Assembly (NCBI GenBank): GCA_035281625.1
Contig: DATEDO010000238.1
Location: forward strand, 35 to 64,034
Reading direction: 5' to 3'
Source of the DNA: Candidatus Methylomirabilota bacterium
Lineage (GTDB): Bacteria; Methylomirabilota; Methylomirabilia; Rokubacteriales; CSP1-6
DNA: 64,000 nt
Below the pieces are notes generated by a model that was not told the DNA's origin, made no database searches, and worked only from the letters and a program-made list of their open reading frames with translations. Position numbers and translations under genes: made by a program. How positions within the stretch are numbered: position 1 is the stretch's first letter; each line of letters begins with the position of its first letter. Positions 10,325 through 19,896 of the stretch are shown piece by piece.

Positions 10325-11272
10325 ATGGCGACCCAGTTCGGCGTGCTGATTCCCACCCGCGAAGCCATCATGTCGGGCCGGCCCGAGACGGGACCGCTGC
10401 TCGCCATGGCCGATCGCGCGGAGGCGGCGGGCTTCGACTCCGTGTGGATCGGCGACTCCATCACCGCGCGGCCGCGCCACGAGCCGCTCACCCTCATGGC
10501 CGCCATCGCCGGACGCACCAGGCGCGTGCGCCTCGGCACCGGCGTGTTGCTCCCCGCGCTGCGCCCGCCCGTGGTCCTGGCCCACATCGTCGGCACCCTC
10601 GACCGCGCCGCCGAGGGGCGGGTGATCCTCGGCGTGGGCATCGCGACCGATGCGCCGCCCATCCGGAAGGAGTTCGCCTCGGTGGGCGTGCCCTTCGAGC
10701 GGCGCGTGGGCCGCTTCCTCGAGACGCTGGAGATCTGTCGCGCGCTCTGGAGCCGGGACAACGTGTCCTACTCCGGCAAGCACTTCTCCCTCGACGGCAT
10801 CACCGTCGAGCCCAAGCCGCATCGTCCCGGCGGGCCGCCCGTCTGGATCGGGGGCAGCGGCCCGACCGCGCTCCGCGAGGCGGCGCGCTTCGACGCCTGG
10901 TTCCCCACCGGCCCCAGCGTGGAGGACTTCGCGGCCAAGTTCCCCGGCGTCCTGGCGGCCGCGAAGGCGGCGGGCCGCGCCGCCGACGCCGTCACCGGCG
11001 CCGCCTACGTGACCCTCGCCCTCGATCCCGACCGCGCCGCCGCGGAGCGGCGTCTCCACGAGTTCCTGGAGACCTACTACGGGACGACCGCGAAGGTGAT
11101 CATGGCGCGCCAGGCCACCTATGCCGGGCCCCTCGAGGGCGGCGCGGAGTGGCTGCAGCGCTGGATCGACGCGGGGGCCCGGCACCTCTGCCTGCGCTTC
11201 GCGGGTGGCGACCAGCTCGCCCAGGTGGACGAGACGGCCACGAAGCTCCTGCCGCGGCTCAACCGCCGCTGA
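10325..11272 (+). CDS. LLM-class (luciferase-like) flavin/F420-dependent oxidoreductase
   Basis: 315 aa. Has GFDSVWIGDS, LGTGVLLPALRPP and GRVILGVGIA, typical of the LLM TIM-barrel family. Starts 1 nt after the CMD stop. Confidence 0.8.
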   Translation: MATQFGVLIPTREAIMSGRPETGPLLAMADRAEAAGFDSVWIGDSITARPRHEPLTLMAAIAGRTRRVRLGTGVLLPALRPPVVLAHIVGTLDRAAEGRVILGVGIATDAPPIRKEFASVGVPFERRVGRFLETLEICRALWSRDNVSYSGKHFSLDGITVEPKPHRPGGPPVWIGGSGPTALREAARFDAWFPTGPSVEDFAAKFPGVLAAAKAAGRAADAVTGAAYVTLALDPDRAAAERRLHEFLETYYGTTAKVIMARQATYAGPLEGGAEWLQRWIDAGARHLCLRFAGGDQLAQVDETATKLLPRLNRR

Positions 11273-11280
11273 GGGGCGCG

Positions 11281-11451
11281 GTGGAAGGGTCCGCGACCGG
11301 TCTCTGCGCCACGTGCGTGCACGCCAGGCGCGTGGAGTCGGATCGCGGCTCGCTCTTCATCCGCTGCGCGCTGAGCGAGACGGACCCGCGCTTCGCCAAG
11401 TACCCGCGGCTCCCCGTGCGGGAGTGCGCGGGATACCAGGCTACTCGATGA
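11281..11451 (+). CDS. small conserved-looking 4-Cys protein (hypothetical)
   Basis: 56 codons from a GTG start. Cys pattern is CxxC..C..C (CATCVHARRV...IRCALSE...ECAG). Lies 8 nt after the LLM stop. Below the ORF-track length cutoff as an independent gene. Confidence 0.35.
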   Translation: MEGSATGLCATCVHARRVESDRGSLFIRCALSETDPRFAKYPRLPVRECAGYQATR

Positions 11452-11526
11452 CTCGCGTCGCGAGCAGCAAGGTCGGCGGCGGGATGGTGAGGCCGAGGGC
11501 GTTCGCCGCCCACCAGGCGGATCGAC

Positions 11527-12375
11527 TCAGCTCTTCGCCAGCGGCCAGCCCAGCCACTCGCATACGCCGCGGCCCATCACCCACTCGAGCTCCTCGCCCT
11601 TGAGCCAGGGCAGGTGCTGGGTGAAGAGCGTGATGCATTCGTAGTACGTGCAGGGCATGCGCGTGAGGTCGGTGCCCCAGAACACGCGGCGCGGGCCGAA
11701 GGCGTCCACCATCCGCCTGATCGCGTCGTGGAGATCGGGGAAGGGGTAGGGCTGGGCGGAGAGCGACGGCATGCCCGACGCCTTCACCGCCACGTTCGGG
11801 TGCTTGGCCAGCGCGAGCACCTTCGGCAGCTCTTCGAACACCTGGGGCGCCTTGCCGCGCACCGCGATGCCCACGTGGTCGATCACGAGCTTGAGTCCCG
11901 GATGCTTGCCCGCGATGCGGTCGAGATGATCGAGAGCGCCCGGCACCAGGACCATCAGGGGCACGCCCGCCTTCTCCGCCGCCGGCCACAGCCAGTCCGT
12001 CGTGCCGTCGGTGAGGAAGTGACGGTAATGCTCGTTGTGGAAGGTGAAGCGCATGCCGAGCATACCGTTCTGCCGGCGCCAGCCGGCCACCAGGTCGCGG
12101 CTCGCCGGGTCGCCGAGCGCCAGCCGGCCCATGACCGCGAAGCGATCCGGATACGAGCGCGCGGCCTCCAGCGCGGCGTCGTTTCGGTCGCCCTCCCAGG
12201 ACGGCGGCACCAGCACCATGCGGCTCACGCCGGCGAGATCCATCTGGAACAGCAGCGTCTCCTTCACGATCTGATAGGGCTTCTGCGCCTCCTTGGCGCG
12301 GCCGGGCGGCCAGGGGCGCGCGGGGGACTCCGCCAGCCAGAGATGCACCTGCGAGTCGACGATCTGGAGAGCCAC
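11527..12375 (-). CDS. amidohydrolase_2 (ACMSD/LigW-like metal-dependent hydrolase/decarboxylase) family protein
   Basis: 282 aa. N-terminal IVDSQVHLW and VIDHVG are typical of amidohydrolase family 2. Starts 1 nt after the DJ-1 gene stop. Confidence 0.8.
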   Translation of the reverse strand: MALQIVDSQVHLWLAESPARPWPPGRAKEAQKPYQIVKETLLFQMDLAGVSRMVLVPPSWEGDRNDAALEAARSYPDRFAVMGRLALGDPASRDLVAGWRRQNGMLGMRFTFHNEHYRHFLTDGTTDWLWPAAEKAGVPLMVLVPGALDHLDRIAGKHPGLKLVIDHVGIAVRGKAPQVFEELPKVLALAKHPNVAVKASGMPSLSAQPYPFPDLHDAIRRMVDAFGPRRVFWGTDLTRMPCTYYECITLFTQHLPWLKGEELEWVMGRGVCEWLGWPLAKS

Positions 12376-12376
12376 G

Positions 12377-12994
12377 CTAGACCTCCACGCCGACGCGGCG
12401 ATACTCGATGTAGTGCGCAGTCTCGTCGGCGACCGCCTTGCCGTGCCGGCGCTCGACCACGTAGAACGCCATGTCGATGCCGGACGCGACGCCCGCGGAC
12501 GAGACGATGCCGTCGTCCACCACGCGCCGGTCGCGCTCCACCTTCACCCCCGCGTCCAGCGTCTCGAGCAGATCCAGCGCGCCCCAGTGGGTGGTGGCGC
12601 GCTTGCCCTGGAGCAGCCCCGCCTTGGCGTAGAGCAGTGAGCCCGTGCAGACGCTGGTCGCCTGCCGCGCCGCCGCCGCGGTACGGCGGATCCAGTCCAG
12701 CGTCTCGCGATCGTCCATCAGCGGGCGCGTGCCGAACCCGCCGGGAACTACCAGGAGGTCGATCTTCGGGCAGTCGGCGAACCCGTAGGTCGGCCGCACC
12801 CGGAGCCCGCCGGTGGCCGCGATCTCGTCCCTGGTCTTGGCCACGGTGAACACGTTGAACGGCGCCGAGTCGTCCGTGCGGCGGGAGGCCGAGCCCGGCT
12901 CGAGGCGCGTGCGCGAGAACACCTCGAAGGGCCCCGCGAAGTCCAGGACTTCCACGTTGTCGAAGATCAGGATGCCGACGTTCCAGCGTTCCAT
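12377..12994 (-). CDS. DJ-1/PfpI family protein
   Basis: 205 aa from the internal ATG (MERWNVGILIFDNVEVLDFAGP), preceded by GAGGAGGAG. Has the nucleophile-elbow Cys motif SVCTGS. Confidence 0.8.
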   Translation of the reverse strand: MERWNVGILIFDNVEVLDFAGPFEVFSRTRLEPGSASRRTDDSAPFNVFTVAKTRDEIAATGGLRVRPTYGFADCPKIDLLVVPGGFGTRPLMDDRETLDWIRRTAAAARQATSVCTGSLLYAKAGLLQGKRATTHWGALDLLETLDAGVKVERDRRVVDDGIVSSAGVASGIDMAFYVVERRHGKAVADETAHYIEYRRVGVEV

Positions 12995-13084
12995 GGCGGG
13001 TCTCCTCCTCTGGCCGGCTATCCTACCCCGATGGCGCCGGCCGCGTGTGGGCGATATCATGCACGGGCGGAGGATCCCCCCAAC

Positions 13085-14815
13085 ATGCGAAAGACCGTGA
13101 CCGGCACCGGCGGCATGCTCCTCATCCAGGCCCTCAAGGACGCGGGGGTCGAGTACCTATTTACGAACCCGGGCTCGGCCGAGACCGGCATCTTCGCGGC
13201 ATTGGCGGAGACCGAAGAGCCACGTCTGGTCGTCGCCAAGCACGAGGGCCTGGTCGCCGCCATGGCCGACGGCTATCACCGCCTGAGTGGCAAGGTCGGC
13301 GTGGCCATCGCGCACGTGATGGGCGGCTCGTATCAGCTCGCCGGGCAGCTCTTCAACGCCCAGGTCGCGGGCTCGTCGCTGCTGGTGATCGCCGGCGACT
13401 GGATGTCGGAGCTCCAGGACTATCGAGGGCTCGCGCCCTTTCCCGGCCTGAGCCAGGCCGAGTCCATGCGCCCGCTGATGAAGGAGGCGCGCTGCGCGTA
13501 CCAGGTCGGCGCGGATCCCGCCGCCATCACCGTGGCCACTGCGCGCGCGCTGCGCGAGGCCACCACGTATCCCACCGGCCCCGTGTACCTCTCCATCAGC
13601 GCGGCGCTCCTGAACCAGGAGGGGCTCGAAGCGCAGATCGGCGAGGAGGCCGGCTATCGGATCGAGGGCGTGGCGCCGGCGCGCATGGAGAGCGTGGAAG
13701 GCATCGCGCGCCGGCTCGGCGCGGCGAAGTGCCCCGTGCTCATGTTCGGCGACGACGTGTGGCGGCAGGGCGCCCAGACGGAAGCCATCGCGCTCGCCGA
13801 AGCGCTGGAGGCGCCGGTGTTCGCGAGCCGACAGATCTTCCCCAACTTCCCCGCGCGGCATCCGCTCTTCTGCGGCGGCTACCCGGTGTCCGCGGAGTTC
13901 AAGAAGGTGACGGGGCTCACGCCCGATCTCATCTTCCTCGTGGGCTGCCAGGGTGTGCACGGGGCGGTGGGCGAGCCGAGCGTGATGCAGATCGGCCCCA
14001 ATCCGCTTCTCATGGGCCGGCACTATCCGCTGGACGTGGCCGTGCAGTGCGAGCTTCGCGGGACGTTGCGCGCGCTCGTCGAGGCCCTCCCGCGGGTGAG
14101 CGCGTCGGCGGCCGCCGGCGGGAAGCAGCAGCGCGGCAAGGTGCGGACCTACGCGGCGAATCTGATCAACAGGGAAGAGGACCTGGTGCGCGAGCACGAG
14201 CACGACGCGGTGGTGCATCCCGCGGTGCTCGAGGCGCACCTGGCCGAGATCCTGCCGCGCGACACCGCGATGGTGCAGGAGAGCTCGACCGCGCGCGCCA
14301 CGCTCCTGCCGCTGGGACACGGCGGCATGTGGTGGACGCGGAGCGGCGGAGGCTCGCTGGGCTTCGGGGTGGGGGCGGCCATCGGCGCCAAGATCGCGGC
14401 CGGGCGCGAGCGGCCGGTGATGCTGCATCTGGGCGACGGCGCGCTCACCTACAGCGCGGCCGGCTTCTGGACCATGGCGCGCTACAACACCGCCGTCCTC
14501 ACCGTGGTGTCCAACAACGACACCTACCAGATCGTACGCCACAACTGGGCGCGGCAGATGCCGGACACCAAGATGGTGCGCGAGGGGAAGTACCCGGGCC
14601 TCCAGCTCGGCGGCCCTGCCACCGACTACGTGGCGCTGGCGCGCGCCCAGGGCGTGGACGGCGAGCGCGTCACCACCGTCAAGGAGCTGGAGCCGGCCCT
14701 GCGCCGCGGCGTGGACAAGACCACCAGGGAGAACAAGCCCTATCTCCTGGACGTGAAGGTGGCCCAGGAGGGCGTGGGCGCCGATTCCGCCTGGACGGAA
14801 GCCTGGCAGATGTAG
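13085..14815 (+). CDS. thiamine-diphosphate-dependent enzyme (acetolactate synthase / benzoylformate decarboxylase-like)
   Basis: 576 aa from ATG 13085, with GGAGGA upstream. N-terminal ThDP pyrimidine-binding domain (LLIQALKDAGVEYLFTNPGS) and C-terminal GDGALTYS...VVSNND ThDP-Mg motif. Confidence 0.85.
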   Translation: MRKTVTGTGGMLLIQALKDAGVEYLFTNPGSAETGIFAALAETEEPRLVVAKHEGLVAAMADGYHRLSGKVGVAIAHVMGGSYQLAGQLFNAQVAGSSLLVIAGDWMSELQDYRGLAPFPGLSQAESMRPLMKEARCAYQVGADPAAITVATARALREATTYPTGPVYLSISAALLNQEGLEAQIGEEAGYRIEGVAPARMESVEGIARRLGAAKCPVLMFGDDVWRQGAQTEAIALAEALEAPVFASRQIFPNFPARHPLFCGGYPVSAEFKKVTGLTPDLIFLVGCQGVHGAVGEPSVMQIGPNPLLMGRHYPLDVAVQCELRGTLRALVEALPRVSASAAAGGKQQRGKVRTYAANLINREEDLVREHEHDAVVHPAVLEAHLAEILPRDTAMVQESSTARATLLPLGHGGMWWTRSGGGSLGFGVGAAIGAKIAAGRERPVMLHLGDGALTYSAAGFWTMARYNTAVLTVVSNNDTYQIVRHNWARQMPDTKMVREGKYPGLQLGGPATDYVALARAQGVDGERVTTVKELEPALRRGVDKTTRENKPYLLDVKVAQEGVGADSAWTEAWQM

Positions 14816-14830
14816 GGAGGGCCGCCGGTC

Positions 14831-15658
14831 ATGGAGATCAAGCGGCTCGCCCCGCAGGTCGGCGCCGAGATCCGCGACGTCGACGTGAAGGGGCTCGACG
14901 ACGGGAGCTTCGCCCGGATCTATGAGGCGTGGCTCGACGCCAACGTGGTGATCGTGCCCGGCCAGGCGCTGGAGATTCCGGACTTCCTCCGCTACAGCCG
15001 CCGCTTCGGCCTGGTGGTGCCGCATCCGTCCAAGTCCACGCGCCATCCCGACTATCCCGAGATCACCCTGCTGGGCGTCGGGAAGTTCGGCCCCGACGGC
15101 GCGCTCGACATGGCCATCTACCGCCGCGGCGCCGAGGGCTGGCACACCGACGGCGCCTACGACGACCAGCCCTTCAAGGCCACCCAGCTCTACTCGCTGG
15201 CGGTGCCGAGCCGGGGCGGCGACACGTTCTTCGCCAGCATGTACGCGGCGTACGACGCCCTCCCGGCGCGGCTGAAGGACAAGCTCGCAGACAAGCGGGG
15301 CGCGTTCACCTACGGCGGGCGCAAGAAGGCGCAGGCGCTGCTGAACGAGGAGGATCGCAATCGGCCGCCCGCGTATCATCAGATCCTGCGCCCGCATCCG
15401 GAAACGGGCCGCGTGGCGCTCTATTTCGACCCGGGGAAGATCCTGAAGATCGAGGGCGTGGAGCCGGCGGAGAGCGACGATCTCATCGACGAGCTGACGG
15501 AGGTGATGATCCGTCCCGAGGGCGAGTATCGCCACAAGTGGCGCACGGGCGACATCGTCATCTGGGACAACCGCTGCACCTATCACCGGGCCGCCGGCGA
15601 CTATCCCCCCGAGGAAGACCGCATCCACTGGCGCGTGTCCATCAAGGAGCGTCCATGA
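14831..15658 (+). CDS. TauD/TfdA family Fe(II)/2-oxoglutarate dioxygenase
   Basis: 275 aa. HxD facial-triad motif WHTDGAY, and a late H in WDNRCTYHRA. Confidence 0.85.
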   Translation: MEIKRLAPQVGAEIRDVDVKGLDDGSFARIYEAWLDANVVIVPGQALEIPDFLRYSRRFGLVVPHPSKSTRHPDYPEITLLGVGKFGPDGALDMAIYRRGAEGWHTDGAYDDQPFKATQLYSLAVPSRGGDTFFASMYAAYDALPARLKDKLADKRGAFTYGGRKKAQALLNEEDRNRPPAYHQILRPHPETGRVALYFDPGKILKIEGVEPAESDDLIDELTEVMIRPEGEYRHKWRTGDIVIWDNRCTYHRAAGDYPPEEDRIHWRVSIKERP

Positions 15659-16371
15659 CCATCGTGGCCCGTATGGTGACCCAGGAGTCCGACGGCATTC
15701 CCGGCTACATGGCCCATCCCGGAGACCCCGCCGGACGTCCCGGCGTCTTGATGGTCCATCACGCCCACGGCGTGACCGCCGACTACAAGATCGACGCCTA
15801 CCGCCTGGCCCAGCTCGGCTTCAACGTGCTGGTGCCCGACCTCTTCAACATGTTCGGGATCGGCGGCACCAATCACATTGGCATGGGCGCCGATCTCCAG
15901 GCCAAGCACGGCGACGAGGAGTTCCTGGGCAAGATGGACGAGGCGTGGCAATATCTGATCAACCGCCTCCAGACCGACCCGAAGCGGACCGCGTGCATCG
16001 GGCACTGCATGGGCGGCCGGCTCCTCATCCCCTTCGCCGCCGATCATCCGCAGGTGAAGGCGATCGTGCTCTACTACCCCTCCGTGCGCGACGAGCCGGA
16101 GACGTCGCACCGGCCGCGCCATGCCTTCAAGCTGGCGCCCACGCTCAAGTGCGCGACCTTGGTGTTCGCGGGCGGGCTCGACTACATCGCGACGCCGGCC
16201 ATCCAGGCGCCCCTGTGGGAGGCATTCCGCGGCAACAACCAGCCCGTGGAGTGGCACTACTTCTCCGACGCCAATCACGGCTTCCGGCACCCGGACAATG
16301 CCGGCTTCCAGCCGCACTACGCCGACGTGGCGTGGCCGCTGGTGACGGAGTTCCTGCAGCGGCGGGTCTAG
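15655..16371 (+). CDS. dienelactone hydrolase family protein
   Basis: 238 aa with an ATGA overlap onto the TauD stop. GxCxG nucleophile motif IGHCMGG and a C-terminal HGF. Confidence 0.8.
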   Translation: MTIVARMVTQESDGIPGYMAHPGDPAGRPGVLMVHHAHGVTADYKIDAYRLAQLGFNVLVPDLFNMFGIGGTNHIGMGADLQAKHGDEEFLGKMDEAWQYLINRLQTDPKRTACIGHCMGGRLLIPFAADHPQVKAIVLYYPSVRDEPETSHRPRHAFKLAPTLKCATLVFAGGLDYIATPAIQAPLWEAFRGNNQPVEWHYFSDANHGFRHPDNAGFQPHYADVAWPLVTEFLQRRV

Positions 16372-16380
16372 CGGCTGCGT

Positions 16381-17628
16381 CTACGGGGCTTTGTGCAGCG
16401 CCCCGTCCTTCATGATCATGAGCAGCGCGTCCTGACGTTGTAGCCGCTTGATGTCGGTGAGGGGGTCGCCGTCGACCAGGAGCAGATCGGCGAGATAGCC
16501 CGGCTTGACCTGCCCCAGCTCGTGGCCGCGCCCCATGATCTCGCCGCCCATCTTCGTGGCCGCCACCAGGGTCTCCATGGGCGTGAAGCCCAAGTAGTCC
16601 ACGAAGAGGAGGAGATCCCGCGCGTAGGTTCCGTGCGGGTTCCACGCGAAGCCGTAGTCCCCGCCGGGCAGCACGCGGATGCCGCGCTTGCGCATCTTGC
16701 CCATGGTCTCCACCGCCACCGCCAGCTCGTGGGTGAGGCCCTGGGCGCGCGCCATCTCCGGCGTGATCCCCCACTCGCTCGCGGCGTGGCAGGTCTGGTA
16801 GGTGAGGCCGAGCGCCGGGCCGATGAAGACGCGATCGCGCCGGGCCTCGAGGAGATCCAGCGCCTCCTCGTCGGCGAACGTGGCGTGGTAGATGATGTCG
16901 ATGCCATGGCGCAGGCACATCTTCACCGACTCCGCGCTCCGCGCGTGCGCGCACATCCGCACGTCCGCCGCGCGCGCGACCTCCATGGCCGCCGCCACCT
17001 CCGCGTCGGTCATGATCGATCGTTCATACCTGCTGTTTCTAGGGCCGGTGTCCCCGGACACGTTCAATTTCAGGAGGTCCACGCCCTCGCGGACGAGGAT
17101 GCGGCAGGCGCGACGGATCTCATCCGGCCCATCCGCCACCCAGGAGAACGTCGGGGTCTCGTGATGCGGCCGATGAAGCTGATTCTCGTCGCCGAGGCCT
17201 CCGCTCACCGTGATCTCCGGGCCGTTGGCGAGGTAGCGTGGCCCGGGCACGCGCCCGGCATTGATCTCGTTGCGGATCACCACGTCCAGGCGCGGCTTCG
17301 CCGCGGCCGCCGAGAGCACGCTCGTGTAGCCGCAGTCGAGCATGAGCTTGGCGTTGCGCATGGTGACGAGGATGTGCTCCTCCGGCGGCAGCCGGGTGAA
17401 GTCGGCGTTCCGTGCCGCGTCGGGGTAGCTCACGTGACCGTGGGACTCGATGAGGCCCGGCATGCACGTGGCGCCGGCGCCGTCGATGACGCGTGCGCCG
17501 TCGCGCGGCAGGCCGCCCCCGCGCTGCACGGCGAGAATGCGCGGGCCGTCCACGAGCACGTCGCCCGCGAAGGGCGGGGCGCCGCTGCCGTCGAGGATCA
17601 TGGTGTTCGGGATCAGGGTCCTGGCCAT
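16381..17628 (-). CDS. amidohydrolase family protein (metal-dependent hydrolase)
   Basis: 415 aa from ATG 17628, with GGAGG upstream. Has PGLIESHGHV (HxH). It is the lower part of the fused 800-aa track ORF. Confidence 0.8.
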   Translation of the reverse strand: MARTLIPNTMILDGSGAPPFAGDVLVDGPRILAVQRGGGLPRDGARVIDGAGATCMPGLIESHGHVSYPDAARNADFTRLPPEEHILVTMRNAKLMLDCGYTSVLSAAAAKPRLDVVIRNEINAGRVPGPRYLANGPEITVSGGLGDENQLHRPHHETPTFSWVADGPDEIRRACRILVREGVDLLKLNVSGDTGPRNSRYERSIMTDAEVAAAMEVARAADVRMCAHARSAESVKMCLRHGIDIIYHATFADEEALDLLEARRDRVFIGPALGLTYQTCHAASEWGITPEMARAQGLTHELAVAVETMGKMRKRGIRVLPGGDYGFAWNPHGTYARDLLLFVDYLGFTPMETLVAATKMGGEIMGRGHELGQVKPGYLADLLLVDGDPLTDIKRLQRQDALLMIMKDGALHKAP

Positions 17629-17648
17629 GGCCGCCTCCGTCGCGTCCG

Positions 17649-18692
17649 CTATGCGGAGATTCCGAGGAGCGCGGCCGCGGTGCCACCCAGCATGGCCGCC
17701 CGCTCGCCGTCGGAGAGCCCCGGCGTGTCGAGGATGTGATCCACCGACGTGCTCGTCCAGGGATACGGGTAGTCCGTCCCCATGACGACGCGATCCGACC
17801 CCACCTCCGCCGCCAGGTGCCGCAGCGCCTCGGGCGTGAACACGATGGAGTCGTAGTACATCTGGCGGAGGTACTCCGTCGGCTTCTTCTTGAGCGTCTT
17901 CGTGATCCGCTGCGGGAAGGTGGTCATGATCGCGTCCGAGCGCGCGCCGTAGGACGGCAGATACCCGCCGCCATGGGCCGCGCAGATCTTGATCCCGGGG
18001 AAGCGGTCCAGCGTGCCCTCGAAGATCAGGTGGGAGAGCGCGATGGTCGTCTCGAGGGGATTGCCGATGGTGTTGGTCAGCACCCCGTTGCCCTTGAGCC
18101 GGCTCGTCGCCTCCAGCTCTGCCGTGCCCTGGGGATGAACGAAGACGAGGGCCCCCATCGCCTCGGCCTTGGCCCAGAAGGGATGGAAGCGCGGATCGGA
18201 CAGCTCCGCCCCGTCCACGCTGCCGCCGATGGCGGCGCCGCGCAGCCCGTACTTTCGCAATCCCTCCTCGAGCTGCTGGGCGGCGAGCTCGGGGTGCTGG
18301 AGCGCCACCGAGGCGAAGGCCACGAAGCGGTCGGGATGCGCGGCGCAGGCCTCGGCCAGCGACTCGTTCTGCATGCGGATGAGCTTCTCGGCGACGTCGC
18401 GCGGGGCCTTGTACCAGAAGGGGTTGATGCTGAGCGCCTCCACGTCGATGCCCTGCTCGTCCATGGCGCGGAGGCGGTCCTCGGGCTTGGACATGAGGAG
18501 CGCCTCGGCGGTGAACTCGAGCCCCAGCAGCGCCATCGCCGCGGGCAGGCCGCAGTGGGCGTGCACGTCGACCGTCTTCACCCGGCGCCCGCCCACCACG
18601 ACCTCGCGTCGCCGGCCCCGCGCCTGGGTCTGCGCGCCCGATGCCCCGCAGCCCACGAAGGCCACGCCGCCGGCCGGCCCGCTCCCGCTCAT
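17649..18692 (-). CDS. amidohydrolase_2 (ACMSD-like) family protein
   Basis: 347 aa. Has VDVHAHC near the N-terminus, plus AAHGGGYLP and MGTDYPYP. The ATG overlaps the racemase stop (ATGA). Confidence 0.8.
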   Translation of the reverse strand: MSGSGPAGGVAFVGCGASGAQTQARGRRREVVVGGRRVKTVDVHAHCGLPAAMALLGLEFTAEALLMSKPEDRLRAMDEQGIDVEALSINPFWYKAPRDVAEKLIRMQNESLAEACAAHPDRFVAFASVALQHPELAAQQLEEGLRKYGLRGAAIGGSVDGAELSDPRFHPFWAKAEAMGALVFVHPQGTAELEATSRLKGNGVLTNTIGNPLETTIALSHLIFEGTLDRFPGIKICAAHGGGYLPSYGARSDAIMTTFPQRITKTLKKKPTEYLRQMYYDSIVFTPEALRHLAAEVGSDRVVMGTDYPYPWTSTSVDHILDTPGLSDGERAAMLGGTAAALLGISA

Positions 18693-19819
18693 GCGCTCCT
18701 CCGGTAGACGCGGGCCACGCGCGGGCCGATGGTGGTGGCGATCTGATGCACGCCCACGTTGCGCCGGCGCGCGACCTCGGCAAGCGTGATCTCCGCCTCG
18801 CCCTGGCGGCCGATCACGACCACCTCGTCGCCGACCTGCGCGTCGGGGATCCCGGTGAGGTCGATGCGGGTGTGCTCGAGCGAGGGCGAGGCCACGATGG
18901 GAGCGGAGCGGCCCCGCACGAGGACGCGATCGGCGTGGAGCCAGAGAAGCCCGTCGGCCAGGCCCATGGGGATGATCCCGAGCCGCATCGGCGCCGTCAC
19001 CGGGAAGGGGGCCACGTCGGCGAAGCGCTCGCGCGGCGCTATGTCCTTCAACGCAATCAGCCTGGTGGTGAGGGCCTGGAAGGTCCGCCGGAGCGGCTCG
19101 GGCGGATGCTCGTCGGGGGTCGTGATCCCGTAGAGCATGCGCCCCGGGTCGACGGCGTTCAGATAGCTATGCGGGTAGCGCAGCACGAAGGGCGACGCCG
19201 CGAGCAGGCGGATCGGGACGGTCACCCCGCGGGCCTCGAGCTCGTCCACCACGCCGGTGAAGCGCCCGAGCTGCCAGTCGGCGTAGGCGGGCGGGCCGTC
19301 GACCGGGGCGTGCGGATGCGCGCAGAGCCCGCCCAGCCGGAGATGCGGCAGCTCGAGCATCGCGGCGACCAGCTTCACCGCCTGCTCGGGGGCCACGCCG
19401 AGGCGCTCGAGCCCCACGTCGATCTTCACGAACACCTCGCACGGGCCCTCGGCCGCGTCGGACAGGGCGCGCGCGCCCTCGAGATCCACCACCGTCGGGG
19501 TCAGCCCGTGGGCCAGCGCCTCCGAGGCCGCCTCCGGCAGGGAGTTCGGATACACGAGGATGGGCGCGCCGATGCCGCGCTTGCGGAGGCGAATGCCCTC
19601 GCCGAGATCGGCCACGGCGAGCGCGTCCGCGCCGGCGGTGAGAAAGGCGTCGCCCATCTCCACCGCGCCGTGCCCATAGCCGTCGGCCTTGATGACGGCG
19701 TAGAGCTTCCGATAGGGCCCCACCATCTGGCGCACCACGCGGACATTGTGGGCGGCGGCGTCGAGGTCGATCTCGAACACGGTGGGCCGTGGCGCCAGGA
19801 GCGCCGAGCGCGGGAGCAT
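18689..19819 (-). CDS. alanine racemase family PLP enzyme
   Basis: 376 aa. PLP-lysine motif AVIKADGYGHG. N-terminal barrel plus C-terminal beta domain of typical length. Confidence 0.8.
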   Translation of the reverse strand: MLPRSALLAPRPTVFEIDLDAAAHNVRVVRQMVGPYRKLYAVIKADGYGHGAVEMGDAFLTAGADALAVADLGEGIRLRKRGIGAPILVYPNSLPEAASEALAHGLTPTVVDLEGARALSDAAEGPCEVFVKIDVGLERLGVAPEQAVKLVAAMLELPHLRLGGLCAHPHAPVDGPPAYADWQLGRFTGVVDELEARGVTVPIRLLAASPFVLRYPHSYLNAVDPGRMLYGITTPDEHPPEPLRRTFQALTTRLIALKDIAPRERFADVAPFPVTAPMRLGIIPMGLADGLLWLHADRVLVRGRSAPIVASPSLEHTRIDLTGIPDAQVGDEVVVIGRQGEAEITLAEVARRRNVGVHQIATTIGPRVARVYRRSA

Positions 19820-19896
19820 GGGGGCATGATGAACCTTCGCGCGATGTTTCTCAAGGCTGCTTTCTCCCGGCGGGCCTTCATGTTAACGTCCCCGCC

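Noticed and set aside
7660-10761. 1033-aa ORF as a single gene
   Set aside because: Only the lower 409 codons are a coherent MFS transporter. The upper part runs antisense or out of frame through the lipoprotein, CMD and LLM genes. A GTG start with a GTGA overlap fits the operon structure.
13157-15628. 823-aa minus-strand ORF
   Set aside because: It is antisense to the ThDP enzyme and TauD genes, which carry clear catalytic motifs. Its translation is Arg/Ala/Gly/His-rich with no motif. This is a typical shadow ORF of GC-rich DNA.
16381-18783. 800-aa ORF as a single gene (similar cases: 38968..41889, 32327..34099, 23502..25466, 21864..23243, 20650..22176, 25557..26696)
   Set aside because: In each case the recognisable protein starts at an internal ATG or GTG preceded by a GGAGG-type site, and/or overlaps the upstream stop. 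The N-terminal extensions are Arg/Pro/Gly-rich read-through of neighbouring genes in other frames.
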